The notes under the pieces are model-generated. The model worked only from the letters and a program-made list of their open reading frames with translations, had not been told where the DNA came from and made no database searches. A program made the position numbers and the translations under genes. Shown here in pieces: positions 50,901 to 64,000 of a stretch of 64,000 nt of DNA. The DNA lies in NCBI GenBank assembly GCA_001949185.1, contig BDGG01000006.1, forward strand, positions 2,152,827 through 2,216,826. Direction: 5' to 3'. Within the stretch, counting starts at the first letter, position 1. Each line of letters starts with the position of its first letter. The stretch comes from Ramazzottius varieornatus. Its lineage: Eukaryota > Animalia > Tardigrada.

Positions 50901-53900
50901 TCAAAAGTCTGCAAAAAATAACGCTCCCAATGGGAGGTACAACTGACAATTGAAACCGACTCAGGTGTGTTCCGCTGGCTAGAAATTAGTCTGAGACAAT
51001 CGATCGATTGATCAGCTCGTTTCCCTCCACGGTGGTCATCAAGCGTGCATTTACAGCGACGTTCATTTCCTGTTTTGCCTCTTCGGTTTGGATGAGTGAA
51101 GTAAAGTCGTGTCAAGCTGGATTTGATAATCATGTCGAAAATTGTGATGAGGTGTGCATCGAGATGGAAAATTATCTTTGGGTTGAACAGAAGGTGAAAT
51201 GCGGACAAAATGCCAAGGCGTGTTTCGTTTAGCCATGTTCTTCCTTCCATCGACTTTACAAACTGACACCGTATTGAAACTTGAACAGATGAAGGTTGAC
51301 CAGTACAGTCTGTCAAAAGACCATTTTTGTTATTGCAGTCCAGTCGACCACAAAGCTGCCATCCTCCCCACCGTACTTTGCGTCTTTTGATAGCGGAAAT
51401 TGCTTTGGCAGCTAAGGTGTAAATGCTTCGCTCTAAAACTTCCCAAACACAAGAGAACAGAAGCCGCGACGGCGTTTGAACGGCGTCACTATTGCGGATT
51501 TATTGTCCCTGGCAGCGAGGCAGAGGTCGATGGCAGCCGCTCCGGCACACGGCTCTCGACGCCGGATCCCTCTTTACCACATAAAAAGCGACATTGACAG
51601 GAAAGAGCACATGTAGCTTTTAAGGCTGGAAAAGGCACAGTTCCGAAACCAGGAAGATTAAGCAGTCTAAAAATAGAGTGAACTTTCGTTGTGGGTAGTT
51701 GTGCTTTCCGTAGGGACTTTAGAATGGGGAATGTTGATGGAAGGAGTAGCACAAGTGGGTGTTGGGCTTTTTTAGACATGTGTGGCGAAATTATTGCATT
51801 ACGGAAACGGCGTTTACTTGAGTATGGAATTAGGGTCAGAATCGAGTAGCGAGAGAGCGCGGGCTGAAGAATGATGGAACGGTAGTGAGGGTATGTCGAC
51901 GGCGGAGATGACGAGCGGCGTGATGGCTATATTTTTGTAACACGGTTTGCTCACTAAAAATTGTCACTCTTGAGTGCAAAAGGCATTAGGTCTGACAGGC
52001 AGCGCATCGGACCACCAAGCTTCAGAAGTCGATCGACCGGACAGGCATGCCACCATCTCTTCCTGTGACCGTTCATCATCTCGAGCTTCCACATATCGCA
52101 CGACAAAATACTCGCGCGGGAAAAAATGCATCTGTCGACAAAACATGGCCGCATACTTTCGTACATATTTTGGGTTGTTTGTATGTCCGCAACATATTTC
52201 GTGTATATCACGCAAACTTGCTTCTATCGTGGATGTGCAGATCGTGCAGTATAAAGTTCCGAGTTGCACAGAGGGCGCTGCGGCAGTTGCCTCTTTTATG
52301 AACTAATTTTATCCGGGAACGCTGCGCTTTTTCGTTCTTCACGATAGTCATTACCGTGTATTGCCAAAGCTTTCATGTAACTTGAGTAAGCTATATAGCT
52401 TACTGGTGTTTTTGGAGTTTCTGTGTGGGATCTAGACGAGAGGCACTTCCGTTTTGGGATGGTTAGTATGGTTCTGACGGTTTCATTGCGAAGACTCAAC
52501 ATCGCCTTGACCGAAGGTGGGAGGTCGTAAAAGGTAAAGGATACTTTTTGATGCGGCGTTTACACTTTAGTGCTGTCTGCATGTGTCCGGTCATTTCCTC
52601 GGTCGCATTCTAACGGTTGATACGGCCCTCTCTCCATGTGGATACATTTTTCTTTTGTGGCCGACTGTATCTCAAGACTGCGCCATAAAGCGTGAGGGGG
52701 TCTTCTTCGCCTGGCGAAACAGCTTCAGTTTGCTCAGCTGTCGTTCTGATCGGATCAAGACAGAGCGTCTTTGAGGCAATACAGCAAGGAATAAAGGAAG
52801 GGAGATTTCACCTATTGGCATTATTAACTGCTGCCGTTTTACTCCCGCGCCTTTTTGTTCACATATGGCTGAGTTTATTCGGTCAAACGCCTGACTGAGT
52901 TGACAGAAGAAATATGGCGATTTTATGGAAAGCAGGCATTCAAGTTTTGACGGTACAAAAGTTAAACTGTCCGTTTTTGGTGGACTTGACTCCCGAAAAC
53001 CAGTTACGTGGGTTTAATGGAAAAGAAATCAAAGGAGACAAGTTGATGAAGATGGCTATTGGGGAGATATCAAGTGGAAAGCCGAATGCAGGCAAGCGGC
53101 AAATTCTTCTATCGAACAGTCATTTCTGTTTTCTCGACCAATTTTCTACGGCATTCATCCGATCTAAAAGTCAATCTCTAACCCTTCTGCGCCTCGTTTT
53201 TTTTAACCCTCGCGTAAATCAGAAGTCCGCTGAGGAACTTGTTTGCTATGACCTGTTTTCCACGAAAAATGCACATCTGGCAAGAATTTGAAGGTCGAAA
53301 AATCGTAGGAAAAAAGTCCGAGACTGTTATTTTACGACAAAATAGCGCGTTCAAAATTCATCTTTGATGTCGAAATGATTTTGATGTTCACCGTAGGTGA
53401 AAATATAACGGCTGTATTCACCAGCGGTAAAACAAAGTATCGCTTGGAGGTCGTACACGGTAGGTTTTGCAATTTCCGCACATGAAAATCTATGTTTATT
53501 GTCCAAGGCATAAAAATATTTACGTAGACGGTCCGAAGCGTTCTCATCATAAATCTTCCTGCATCGAGTACACATTGCGCGACAGATAGTGCCGGAGATA
53601 CGGGATGGACACATTACCGCGCATCCTCATATAAACCGTTTACCTGTATGTGTGCACAATATATCGATTTTTAGCTTTGGTCACAGTAACGCTCCGTTCC
53701 CACGATCAGTCTTTTAAAGTCTAGCTCTCTATGGAGAAATTACTGCATTTACATATCTTGCAAAGTCTAGCGCTGTGCTGTACCAGCCTGCGCAGCGGTA
53801 TCTTTCTGTGCTGACGAGTGGGAAAGTATGCGTCCCATCATATCATCCTCCCTTCCACGCACGTTCTAAACATTAACCTGGCCGTACTTGGACATTCTTT

Positions 53901-56900
53901 CCCTGCAATTTGCCGGAAACCATTCAATGTACCGCGCATTGTCTTGTTTACTTGAATGTCGTCTTGACTGTCTCTGGTATGTCTTACAAAGTTAAACCAA
54001 CGTCAGCCACTTTGAAATCCCATTCGAAGAATTCAAACTAAATACCTCTAAATAGAACTTAGCGGTAAACGTTCCAGCTATTGTCGCTCCCGCTTTGGAT
54101 TCTAATTCGAAAAATTGATTGAATCACTCTATGCGGTGAATTTTTCGACGTTCGGACCGACATCGATGTGAAACCATGTTATGAACTTGGCTTTACTTTT
54201 CCTGCTCAGGGTAAACTGGCTCAAAATTTCATCATGACATATTTACGTCAAAGATTTGATGGTAACAAATTTGTATGATAATGGACCGCTGCGGCAACAG
54301 TTAAAAAGGTTGCTGGGAAAGAGAAAGGGAGATTGACAAGCGCGGAGAGGCATGACAGCTGGCTCTTCATGATGGTAGAAACGGCACTGATTAGAAGGTC
54401 CGCAGGGAACATGGCTACTGTACTTGGCTCACTTGTCAAATTAAGCTCAGAGTTTGGGGGTCCACCATATTCATCTTCAAGAGATATCAAAAGCTGGAAA
54501 AATGCTGGCGGCTATTTTCAGTGTGCACTCTTGATGACTAACTGAAATATCCTTGCAGTCAAATATTATAGATTGACAAATACCACAGATTACGTATGCA
54601 AACATGGCTGGTACTTTCTTTGATCATTTTTGAACGTCGACCGACATCCATAAATGAAGAACGCGGTACGCGGCATGTGTTGTGTTCGTTTGTGCAACAG
54701 AAAGTACAGTCATTATTTTGTGTGATCTTGCGCATGTTTGATCAAGTTATGGTTTGCCGGTAGCCGACTTGTAACCCTTAAAGTGTGGCTTCTGTTTGAC
54801 GGCGATACCGCGTAATGTTGCTTGATGCTTTTTTAATGCGTTGCCTACTTTGTGTCGAAGCTAAGTCGGACACGGCACTGCCTTGGAAGATTAATGAGGC
54901 TTTGCCTGTCGTACTAGTGCGAAGAGCATGGCTTGTTAATTAATAATGCACTGAACTGACAAAAGACGGAGGCAGGTTTGTAGGTAATGATTCGATTAGT
55001 TATTGCACACATTACGGTAATGTTTTTCATAAACATCTCCTCCGTGCAAAAAGCTCGTACTCTAATACTTTTTACGAAGCACAACTGATTTTTCTGCGAG
55101 AATGTAAAGTGCAGGGTTGCCTTTCGTGTTTTGTTTCAGTAATTTCGAGGTCAAAAGTGGGGAACCTAGAAAAGCGCTGAAGCACGAATAAGTTCGTCTG
55201 TCATTTTCGGTAGCCGTAAACGTCGATAAAGGCGGCTTCTGCGCATGTTGATGTTGATCAGAGGTGTTGTTTAGGTAATGACAACGTTGGTCCGGTAAAT
55301 AAATCACTATGATGTATCTCACATGTAACCCACATATTATTCAGTAGTAATTTGATATAGTGAAGCCTAAAAGAAAATTGCAGTTCACCGCCTCCACAGT
55401 CTGACTCAAATTTGTCATCGGATGGAATAAACGCAGAACGCCCCATTATATTACCTCTAATCTTCCAACCACAACTTCCGCCTTTGCGACTCTTGGCTTT
55501 CGGGCCGACATATTGTACGCAGTGTTGGTATGATCGACAAAAGAGCCTTTGGAAGTTGATTTCAAAGGTTTAATCCACGAGCTTTTGTGTGGCACTGTTT
55601 AACTTTAATAATACTTTTTGGCATATCAAAATATGGGTAAAGTGAAGAGGGAGATTGTCCGGTAGAAAAGGGGGTCAAAAGCTCTTACTCAAAGCAGCGT
55701 AAATTCTGTATATCCCCCTTTCTTCGATAACTTGGCATCTGTTGGATGGATGTTGGCTATTCATAACGTACAGGCACATAAGCTGGAACACAGCAGTATG
55801 CAAAGAGCGGATACTTAATGTGTGATCATCATGGATCGGCCAACGCCCTTTACGAGATCCATTTCATCATCGATGTACCACAGATTTTGGCCACCGGGCT
55901 CAAAAATTACATTGAATATTCATACATGACCAACCCAATTCGTGCTTCACATATTTCGATATCAATACTCACTACACTATATACTTCTCTCCAGTACTCA
56001 GATTTCTTCCTTTTCACAGTAGTCTAGAAAATTTTCTACGTTTATTTGTCGGTTCTTGGGTTCCCTGGGTAAAATAAACAAAACGTCAAAACTCGGAAAT
56101 GATACTTGGCGATCTCTTCTGCTGGAATGCATGGTGTATGTTGAAAAGCACAGCGATAGCCATCAGTGGGGCAATTGATAGCCATCGTCAAGTACAGGTA
56201 GAGACAGAAAGAATTTGATTAGCGATGTTGGCTTGACCCGCGGCTACAGTTCTCTTGCTTGGGCTCGTTTGTACTGTCCATATACCTGTCGTTCAAACTG
56301 TTTCCTCTTCTGCGTTCTCGTCCTTGCTTCAAGAAAGGCTCACACCTTGACGGTGTGGGAGGGTAATGGTCATTGTTCGGGGCCGGAGGAAAATGAGGTG
56401 TCTGCCCGTCGAAACATGTCTTGGGCAGTTGATCAAGCCAGCCTTTCCGTTTGCGAGGGTTAAGCATTGTTCATACCTGGCTCCGAAGCAAGCTGGTGCC
56501 ACTGGTCTAACAGCCTCCATTGTGTCCATCCTTTCTTCTCCTACCACCACCGTTTGACTGCTACTGGCAAGATCAACCAGGTATGGACTGGACAGGGAAG
56601 CGAGGGAAAAAGATCATTAACTGTACAATGTGCACCACGTATTGACTATAACGGCCACAGCTCGGAAATGTAGCGAGGAGCTGCTCCTTTCTTCCCTATG
56701 GCTCATTCTCTTACACATTGTCAGATGTGCAGACAGAACTGATCGGATACACAGTGATGTACAATCCAAGCTGTGATCGAGCGCTGTACGATCTTCTACG
56801 GTTTTAGTGCTGCTACTGTTCAGTTGTGAGTTGAACGCTGTTGGCTTCGTACAGTCAAGTGCTTGTTGTATTTTTCAGATATAATCTTCGTATGTGTGTG

Positions 56901-59900
56901 TGTGCTTTTGGTGAGAGTTTCGAAATTTTGGAGAAGGGGAAAGTTAGACCTTCCCGACGCTGTGGATTAGGCACTCCATCTTGTCAAAAGCGAGTGCTAC
57001 TATTTCGGGGTGCTACTTGAAACACATCTCCCAAGTGGCTGGCGGGATTTTTGGAGGCTTGACTTTGCTGTGATGCATCGGCTGCATCTGTGCCTCTTAT
57101 TCCGAGTGATGGATAGAAGGTACCAAAGATGGGTGTGGGAATATTAAAGGACTCTAGTGTATTTCTGTGTTGCATCCGCACCGCTCCTTCAAGACTCTAT
57201 CCCCTTTACCCTGTGCACTACTTCGGCATGTCATCCATCTATGCGCGTAATGAAGCCAAATGAACACAGATGGATCCTTCTTTATAACTTCCCTTGCTTG
57301 CATAAGGTAAAGATCGTCATCTGATGCTGTATTTTCCTTAGAAAGAGTCTCAACGAACCGTAACGTTTTTCTGTTCGTTCGATGCATAAATTTGCAGGAA
57401 AAAATTGACCGGCAGCCCTCAGAAGGTCTTTCAGGTCTTTTTTTACCGAAGCAAAATTGACGGTAGAAAAAAGCGGAAAAATAATTGGCAAAAATTATCA
57501 TATTGGTTAGTTTTCCTTCACGCTCTCTTTCATACTCCAGTTTTAAAGACTGAAGCATTTACAATATTCTTTCCGCATTTTGGTTTTTGTAAGCTAGTGT
57601 AATCACGATCATCAGCCAGGTGAAAGTAGGGCGCACAGCCGGTAGCATCGTAATTTGCAAGTGGGTGCTCTGCTCGTGGTGTGTACCTAAGAGTAAAAGG
57701 AGGATTCGCTTCGTGTTTCGACTAAATTTAAAACGATCCATCCCATATATTGGTTCATCTTGAATGTGGTGTCTGCACTTACTTTTATCTGTGTAGACAT
57801 AGACTGCATTCCCGGGATGATGATGATGGGAGCCTCGGTCGTAATGGTGAATATGCACCCACGCGTTATCCAGTTGACACAGTGGTCAAATAGGGATACA
57901 TATTGGGGGTGAGGTAATCGATTAAGTATAGTTACTTGCCGTATGTGGGTTTGCATGTCAATGTTGCCGCTGCATGGTTTGTTTTTACTGGAGGGATACA
58001 CAAGCGGGAAGATGTGTGATGGAAAGCCGTTAAGTAGCGGATGTGTACCCTGTGTATAACCTCCTTTGCCTTATCAGCGACCGCCAGAAGCCCCATCATC
58101 TTAGTCACTGGAAGATTTCGGGGAGAGCAAATGGGGATTGTCAGGTCGCATATGCTTGTGTAAATAATGCCGTGTGTGGCCTTAATGTCCAGGCAAGCGG
58201 CAGAAAGTGTATCAGGAGGGAAGAAAGGGGAAGACGAGGCAAGATAGATGTGCGATGGGCGCTCTGTGCTGATCAATCGCCGGGATTTTAGTCACGGATC
58301 ACTGCGCGTTTTCCACTTGGCGAAACGCGCGGTGCAGTTTTATGCCACCGTTGCGTGCTCATGATTTGTATCGACCAAGGAGGAGAACCCGCAATTTCTT
58401 ATTTTATTTTTTTATCTTGAGTGTGTGGATTTTGGCTTGTTTTATATGGAGTAAGTTTGGGGTGAAATGGTTTGTTCATCAGCTGGGTACACGACGGGCA
58501 TCGATGGTGCGTCAATGGTAATCTGCAAGAGGACGCGGAAGGAGATGGGAGACCTTGTTTGAACAGACTAATCAGGAAGATTCTCCATCCTGTGTACTTC
58601 ATTGGATTTCAAGCCTGTTTCAAGTACTTGCATATTCAATAGTGCGTTTCCTAACCATTAACCCATTTGCTCGTGCACTTGCTGGTAATGTCATTTGGTC
58701 CTGTTGTCGCTTCCTAGTTCGGACTTTCGAAAAACAAATTCCCTCAAATACTTTTGCGGACTAATTCATCGTCTTATCCACGCGCTGAATTTCCACTCTG
58801 TGTGTAAGCAAAAGCTCGCAGCAATCTATTTTCTGCGGTTTTTCGGTGAAATGGAGCTCTCGTATGTTCCGCTTCATGTTCAGCATTGTATCGATTGAGG
58901 GTCTTTGAAAGCTCTTTGTGAAAGAAACTCTTCGGGTTGACTGGCTTTTTGCCTGCTTTGACAAGTCAAATCTTCCTCAAAGCCAGTCACAAGGTTACAA
59001 CAAATTTGCGTGATGGGACTTGGATGGGATGAGTGGCTGCTCCTTGCGGGCTCCGTCGCTCAAATTACAGTGATTCATGCGTCGTAAAGACCACCGCTGA
59101 ACGTCCGTAATGGCGGCGCGCTATTGCAACTTTATTATTTGATTATCAAAGCCTAATTTCTCCTATAAAACTGCCCACCGATCTTCCTATCCAGCTTGTT
59201 GTACCACTCTTGGACAGATACTCAGTCCGCTAAAACCAAAATTTCGCGGCCAACTATCCCCCAACCTACCGGTGAACACTTGAACAAATCGCACGTGGGT
59301 AAACGAACTGAACCAGACCGTTTTTTATTGTACAGCAGATGGCAAGAGTTGTGCGCCACTTGGGGAAGCAGTCTACCTTGCGCCATTTACACATTTTGCA
59401 GATGAACGAAAACCCTACTGTTCCTCTCCGCATGATTGTCTTCGGTTAAAATGTTTGCCGGTTAACCAATAAATGTTTTGTTATCAAACTAAAGCTGCCG
59501 TCACATCACGTTACTGAAAGTTCTATTGTTGACAATGATATCATTATGTCCGCCATGCATCACAATGTGCTCAGGGCATGTCGCGGCCTCGACCGCGCGT
59601 CGGAAGAGCCGCTGATCGGTCCTCGGTTTGTCTTGGATTGCTGGCCTGTCTTCGAGCCTGATGTGTGTATCGCGCGCTAAATAATTGACAAGTCACACAT
59701 GTGTCTTATCTCACCATTGGTCTTGTTTCATGATAAAATTCCCTCCACGATGGAGTAATTAATAAATGCCAATAGATGCGACAGAGACCATCGGACTAAT
59801 TAATCTTCATTCTTGCAGGCCGCGCTGCCATCCTTCCGACGGTGTTGATGTCGCTTCGACCACTGGTCAAGCCATGGCTCTTCCGCTGGTGACGGACCAA

Positions 59901-59964
59901 TTCATCTGAAGAAGATTAATCGCCCCCACGACAGCCTTCGTGCCGATCTCGGACCAAAGACAAG

Positions 59965-62900
59965 ATGAACATGTCCTGTCGAGCTTCACTGCGCACATCT
60001 GGAAGATATTCCGGAATGTTCAGCGCCCTTCTGATATGCCTTTCTGTGATAACCAGTAAGCTCGGATTTCCGCTACAAAATTTGTTCTATCAAAATAATG
60101 GTTTATCACCATCTGCCAAATCAAAAATCAATGCATCAATGCATATCATGAGGCAGGAGTAGTCAATTTTTCAGTCACATTGATCGTTTTATACTTCGAA
60201 AGGTTTCAAACGAGATGGCCGAAGTAACACCTGTTATTCCTACAGGTTGTTACGCTCAGTCGACGAGGGTGGATTACCCATATGCCTGTCCCGAAGAATG
60301 TCAGTGTCAGACGACGATGCGAAACGGTGTCTTCGTCGAATGCGCACTCTTGTCCATCGGCGTGTGGTCGGACTTCCGGGCAATCCAAAGCAACTTCACC
60401 CAAGGCCTACTCATCCAGTGTGACGCCCGTCATCTGGACAGCAAGTTGCTCGAAGGAACCTTTGCTCATCTCGCCGAACTCGAGAAGCTCTCCCTGGTCG
60501 ACTGTGCCTTCACCAAAGTACCCAAAGATGCCTTCCGTGGACTGAAGAGCCTCAAATTTCTGACGATCTCCACAAGAGCCAGCGGTAATGTCCTTCAGTT
60601 GGAAGAAGGTGCGCTGAAGCCGTTGGAGCAGTTGGAGGTACTGGACCTTCAACGGTCAAATATGCAGAGACTACCGGCCAACGAGCTGTGCGGACTGAAG
60701 AACCTGAAGACCCTGCATCTTGAAGACAACGCGTTGGGTAATTTGGCCAGTTTGGGTACCAGCAGTGGGTGTCTGCAGAGCCTGCAGGCCGCTCATCTTG
60801 ACGGTAATGCCATCGCTGCGTTGGGCTATGGAGATGTCAGTCAATTCTTGGGTCGAAATTTGACACGGTTGTCTATCACTCGGAATAAAATCAACAGGTA
60901 TGATAAACCTTCCTCATTAATCTTGCAGTTATTAAATCATCACATTTTCTTCACCGGTCAGACTATCGGTTTTTTTTATAATATTGAATATCGTGCACGT
61001 TTAACCGTCGTAAAATGACACGATTAGCCATTAACCCGTTTTCATTTGGGTGTAGTTTGAGCAACAACGCTTTCGAGAAGATGGACAAGCTGACCGAATT
61101 GGACCTGTCCGAAAACGTCCTGGAGTCCATACCGGAAGAGCTGTGGCGGCAAGAGAGCAAGCTGGAGAAGCTAAGCCTGACCGGAAACGAGCTGAAATCC
61201 ATCCCGGTGAACACCTTCGTCCTGTTGGGCCAGCTGCGTCACTTGAACCTCTCTCACAACGGTCTGACTAATCAGTGGATCAACGGCGAGCTCCTCCGCA
61301 ACAACCCCAAGATCGAGGTGCTGGACGTCTCGCAGAACCAGCTGACCCACATTGACCGCTCCCTCCTCCATAATCTTCTCAACTTGAACGAGCTCGATCT
61401 GCAACAGAACAGAATCGAGTGGATCGAACCGACGGCTTTCGATAGGCAGCAGAAGCTGGAGACTCTGGACTTGTCCCAGAATCTACTTCCGAGTTTGGAG
61501 GAAGGTGCTTTCAGTGGCTTGTACGTCCTCAACAGGCTCAACATGTCCACTAATCAGCTCAAGACCGTCAGTGACAGCCTCTTGGCCCAGTCAAAGAAGC
61601 TGACCGGCCTGGATCTATCCAACAACCAGATCAACCAGCTCAGCGCGACTACCTTAGTGGGAGTTCGAGGTCTTCAGGAGCTGCGACTTGGCAAAAATCA
61701 GCTTGGTAAGAAACACTTATGGATGAGCCAGAATTTTGCCTACGGAAATAAAATGCGAAATAAATTTGTATCATTCATTTTCACCGATATATTCAGACGT
61801 ATCTTGTCGGTTTTAAATTCTGAATCATCGGGAAGAATAGGCATTAATGGATTTCCTTCTTGCAGTCATTTTACCAGCACCGCTGTTGCGTCATCTGAGC
61901 GACCTATCGATCTTGGACCTGTCAGAAAATCGACTTCGCTCCCTTGAACCTGACACGCTAGTGAACAAGCCTAACCTGAAAGTGCTCATCCTCTCCAACA
62001 ACGACCTTGCCGAGCTCCGCGAGGACGTCTTTGAGCGCTCCTTTCTCCGTCTGGAAGACATCCAGCTGGACGGCAACGTGCTGCAGACCATCGGCAACTG
62101 GACCGCCGCTCGCTTCACCAACCTCCTGCGCCTCAACATTTCCAACAATCAAATTAGCCAATTACGGCTGGCTGATTTGCCCGCCTCATTACAGCTGCTT
62201 GATGGCCATTCCAATGCCATTGTGGAGCTGATTGCCGCCGGCAGCGAAAGCCTGCAGTTGCGTCATCTGGATCTCTCCAGTAACCAACTGACACGGCTTG
62301 GCCCAAAAGACCTTCCGGCTTCCTTGCAAGTCCTCGACTTGGCTGACAACAACATTGAGACTATCGAGCGCAATACATTCAGCAACAAGCCTCGACTGAT
62401 GTCTGTTAACCTCACAAGGAACAAACTACATAGCCTGGAAGACAGTTCCCTCAAGATTAACTCGTTCAGCGCAGCGGAAAAACTTCCCGATTTCCACTTG
62501 AGCAGAAATCCGTTTCTTTGTGATTGCCAAATGGTTTTCCTCAAAAAGGTACAATTTCAAAACCTGCATCTGAGACCAAAATTTACACAAACTAAATATC
62601 ATTGACCGTGGCAGTCGCGATGATATTTAGCTGAAAATACCATCGCCGGAAAACAAAAGAAACCGAATAAAGAATTTCGGTATCTCTGCGACGATAATTC
62701 ATGCTGTCTTGTTTCCACAGGTCACCAGCGAAAATTCCCTGCGCTGGTTTCCTCGCATCGTCGACCTGGATACGCTTGAATGCCGCGACATGCGAGCCAA
62801 GTCCACTGGTCGCCTTCTTGACGTCCCCGACGAGTCCTTCCTGTGCACCTACGAAGAGCAATGCTCCTCCGTCTGCCACTGCTGTGACTTCGGCGCCTGT

Positions 62901-64000
62901 GACTGCAAGATGACCTGTCCCGACAACTGTACCTGCTACCACAACCGCAACTGGGATCGAAACATCATCGACTGCAGTGCCGAATCCCTGACGACCATCC
63001 CCATCATGCTGCCCATGGAAGCCTCCGATGTATACCTGGACGGCAATCGCCTTCCCAGTCTGCCAGAGTACGCGCTGATCGGAAGGACCAAGATGACGTC
63101 GCTGTACCTCAACAACAGCCAGATCCAGCGGATCGATAACCATACTTTCAATGGCCTGTCACAACTGCGAAACCTCCATCTACATCACAACCAGATTACG
63201 ATACTGAGAGGCGGAGAGTTCTCGCAGTTGGTCTCGCTGGAAGTGCTGGACCTCTCGTGGAACGATATCCATTCTATCCATGAACACACGTTCCTTACTT
63301 TGACCAAACTTCGCGTGAGTTTTTAAAACTGCACTGGTTGATAAGTAATACGTCAGTCGGTATCGATCGGAAGCTGGAAAACTAACCTCATTAATCTTTT
63401 TTCCAGGTGTTGAATCTGGCCGGGAACCAGCTCGATTCTCTCATCACATTACCACTTCCTCCTGCGCCAACCGTATCGTCTCTTCAGCTTTTCCTGGCCA
63501 ACAACGTCTGGGAATGCTGGTGCAATGAAGAACGGGAGTTGGGTCTGACCGAATGGCTGGTCCGCTTCACTGCCCGTATCCAAGACATCCACCACATGCA
63601 CTGCTACGACCGGAGCCAGTATCCTGCCCTTTTGCGCGACATGAAGCGACCTCGCGAACGCTGCTCATCACTCGACGCTCAAAATACCCAAAGCAGCCAG
63701 TTCCCCGTCGTGTCAGAGTCGGCACCCGAGTCCTTCATGGTGGTGGTCGGTATCGTCCTGGGCTGTGTTTGCTTCCTGGTCATCGTGCTGGTCGCATTTG
63801 TCCTCCGATACCGGTACGAAATCCAAGTTAGGCTGTACTCCCGCTTCAGGTTACGGCTGTGTTCGTCAATGGAGACCGAAGACGAAGAGAGTGAATACGG
63901 GTACGAGAAGATCTGTGATGCCTTCATCTCGTACAGCGATCTGGACGAGCATCTCGTCCTGGGTGAACTGGCTCCTCGACTGGAGTTTGGCTCGCCAAAG
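59965..64000 (+). CDS. Toll-like receptor, protostome multiple-cysteine-cluster (long Toll) type; 3'-truncated by the window end
   Basis: Exons 59965-60055, 60246-60897, 61056-61705, 61866-62548, 62721-63314 and 63407->64000. Domain order: signal peptide, LRRNT CPEECQC, many LRRs, LRRCT NPFLCDC, the cluster FLCTYEEQCSSVCHCCDFGACDCKMTCPDNCTCYH, more LRRs, NVWECWC, transmembrane VVVGIVLGCVCFLVIVLVAFVL, and TIR box 1 DAFISYS. Confidence 0.96.

Noticed and set aside
52386-52403. Perfect palindrome gtaagctatatagcttac
   Set aside because: Single short palindrome with no supporting context.
53178-53800. Possible piggyBac-like element
   Set aside because: The terminal match is only ~8-10 imperfect bases, with no TTAA duplication.
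54965-55025. miR-92/310-like hairpin (tattgcac seed at ~55002)
   Set aside because: Pairing with the upstream arm is weak, and the 3' part does not match the family's ccggcc ending.
1-64000. CRISPR array, operon or prokaryotic defence system
   Set aside because: Genes are spliceosomal-intron-containing animal genes. I saw no regularly spaced direct repeats and no cas-like ORFs.

Overview
Eukaryotic (metazoan) genomic DNA, not prokaryotic. Genes are split by many short GT-AG introns of about 55-90 nt, so the ORF track shows only exon fragments. The gene content is ecdysozoan-like, and the compact, balanced-GC style suggests a tardigrade (inference only). I assembled exon structures by hand for seven complete genes and one partial gene. 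These are gephyrin (-, 9307-12365), a divergent acidic orphan ORF (+, 12700-13188), an RYamide/NPY-type neuropeptide GPCR (+, 18994-21380), legumain (-, 21725-23608), SELENBP1/methanethiol oxidase (-, 24322-26422), a secreted lipocalin-like protein (+, 30793-31909), a small secreted prepropeptide missed by the ORF track (+, 35447-35980), and a protostome-type long Toll receptor (+, from 59965, truncated in its TIR domain). The first ~9 kb is a graveyard of decayed transposons: CRE-like non-LTR, Mutator, mariner, and a TIR element carrying a Ulp1-protease fragment. At least seven short inverted-repeat elements are scattered through the window. About 24 kb upstream of the Toll gene has no recognisable coding sequence. 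I found no CRISPR array, rRNA or tRNA. I cannot support a new multi-gene system. The best novelty candidates are the furin-site propeptide, the acidic PxLE-motif orphan, the divergent lipocalin, and a dispersed double-hairpin repeat family.
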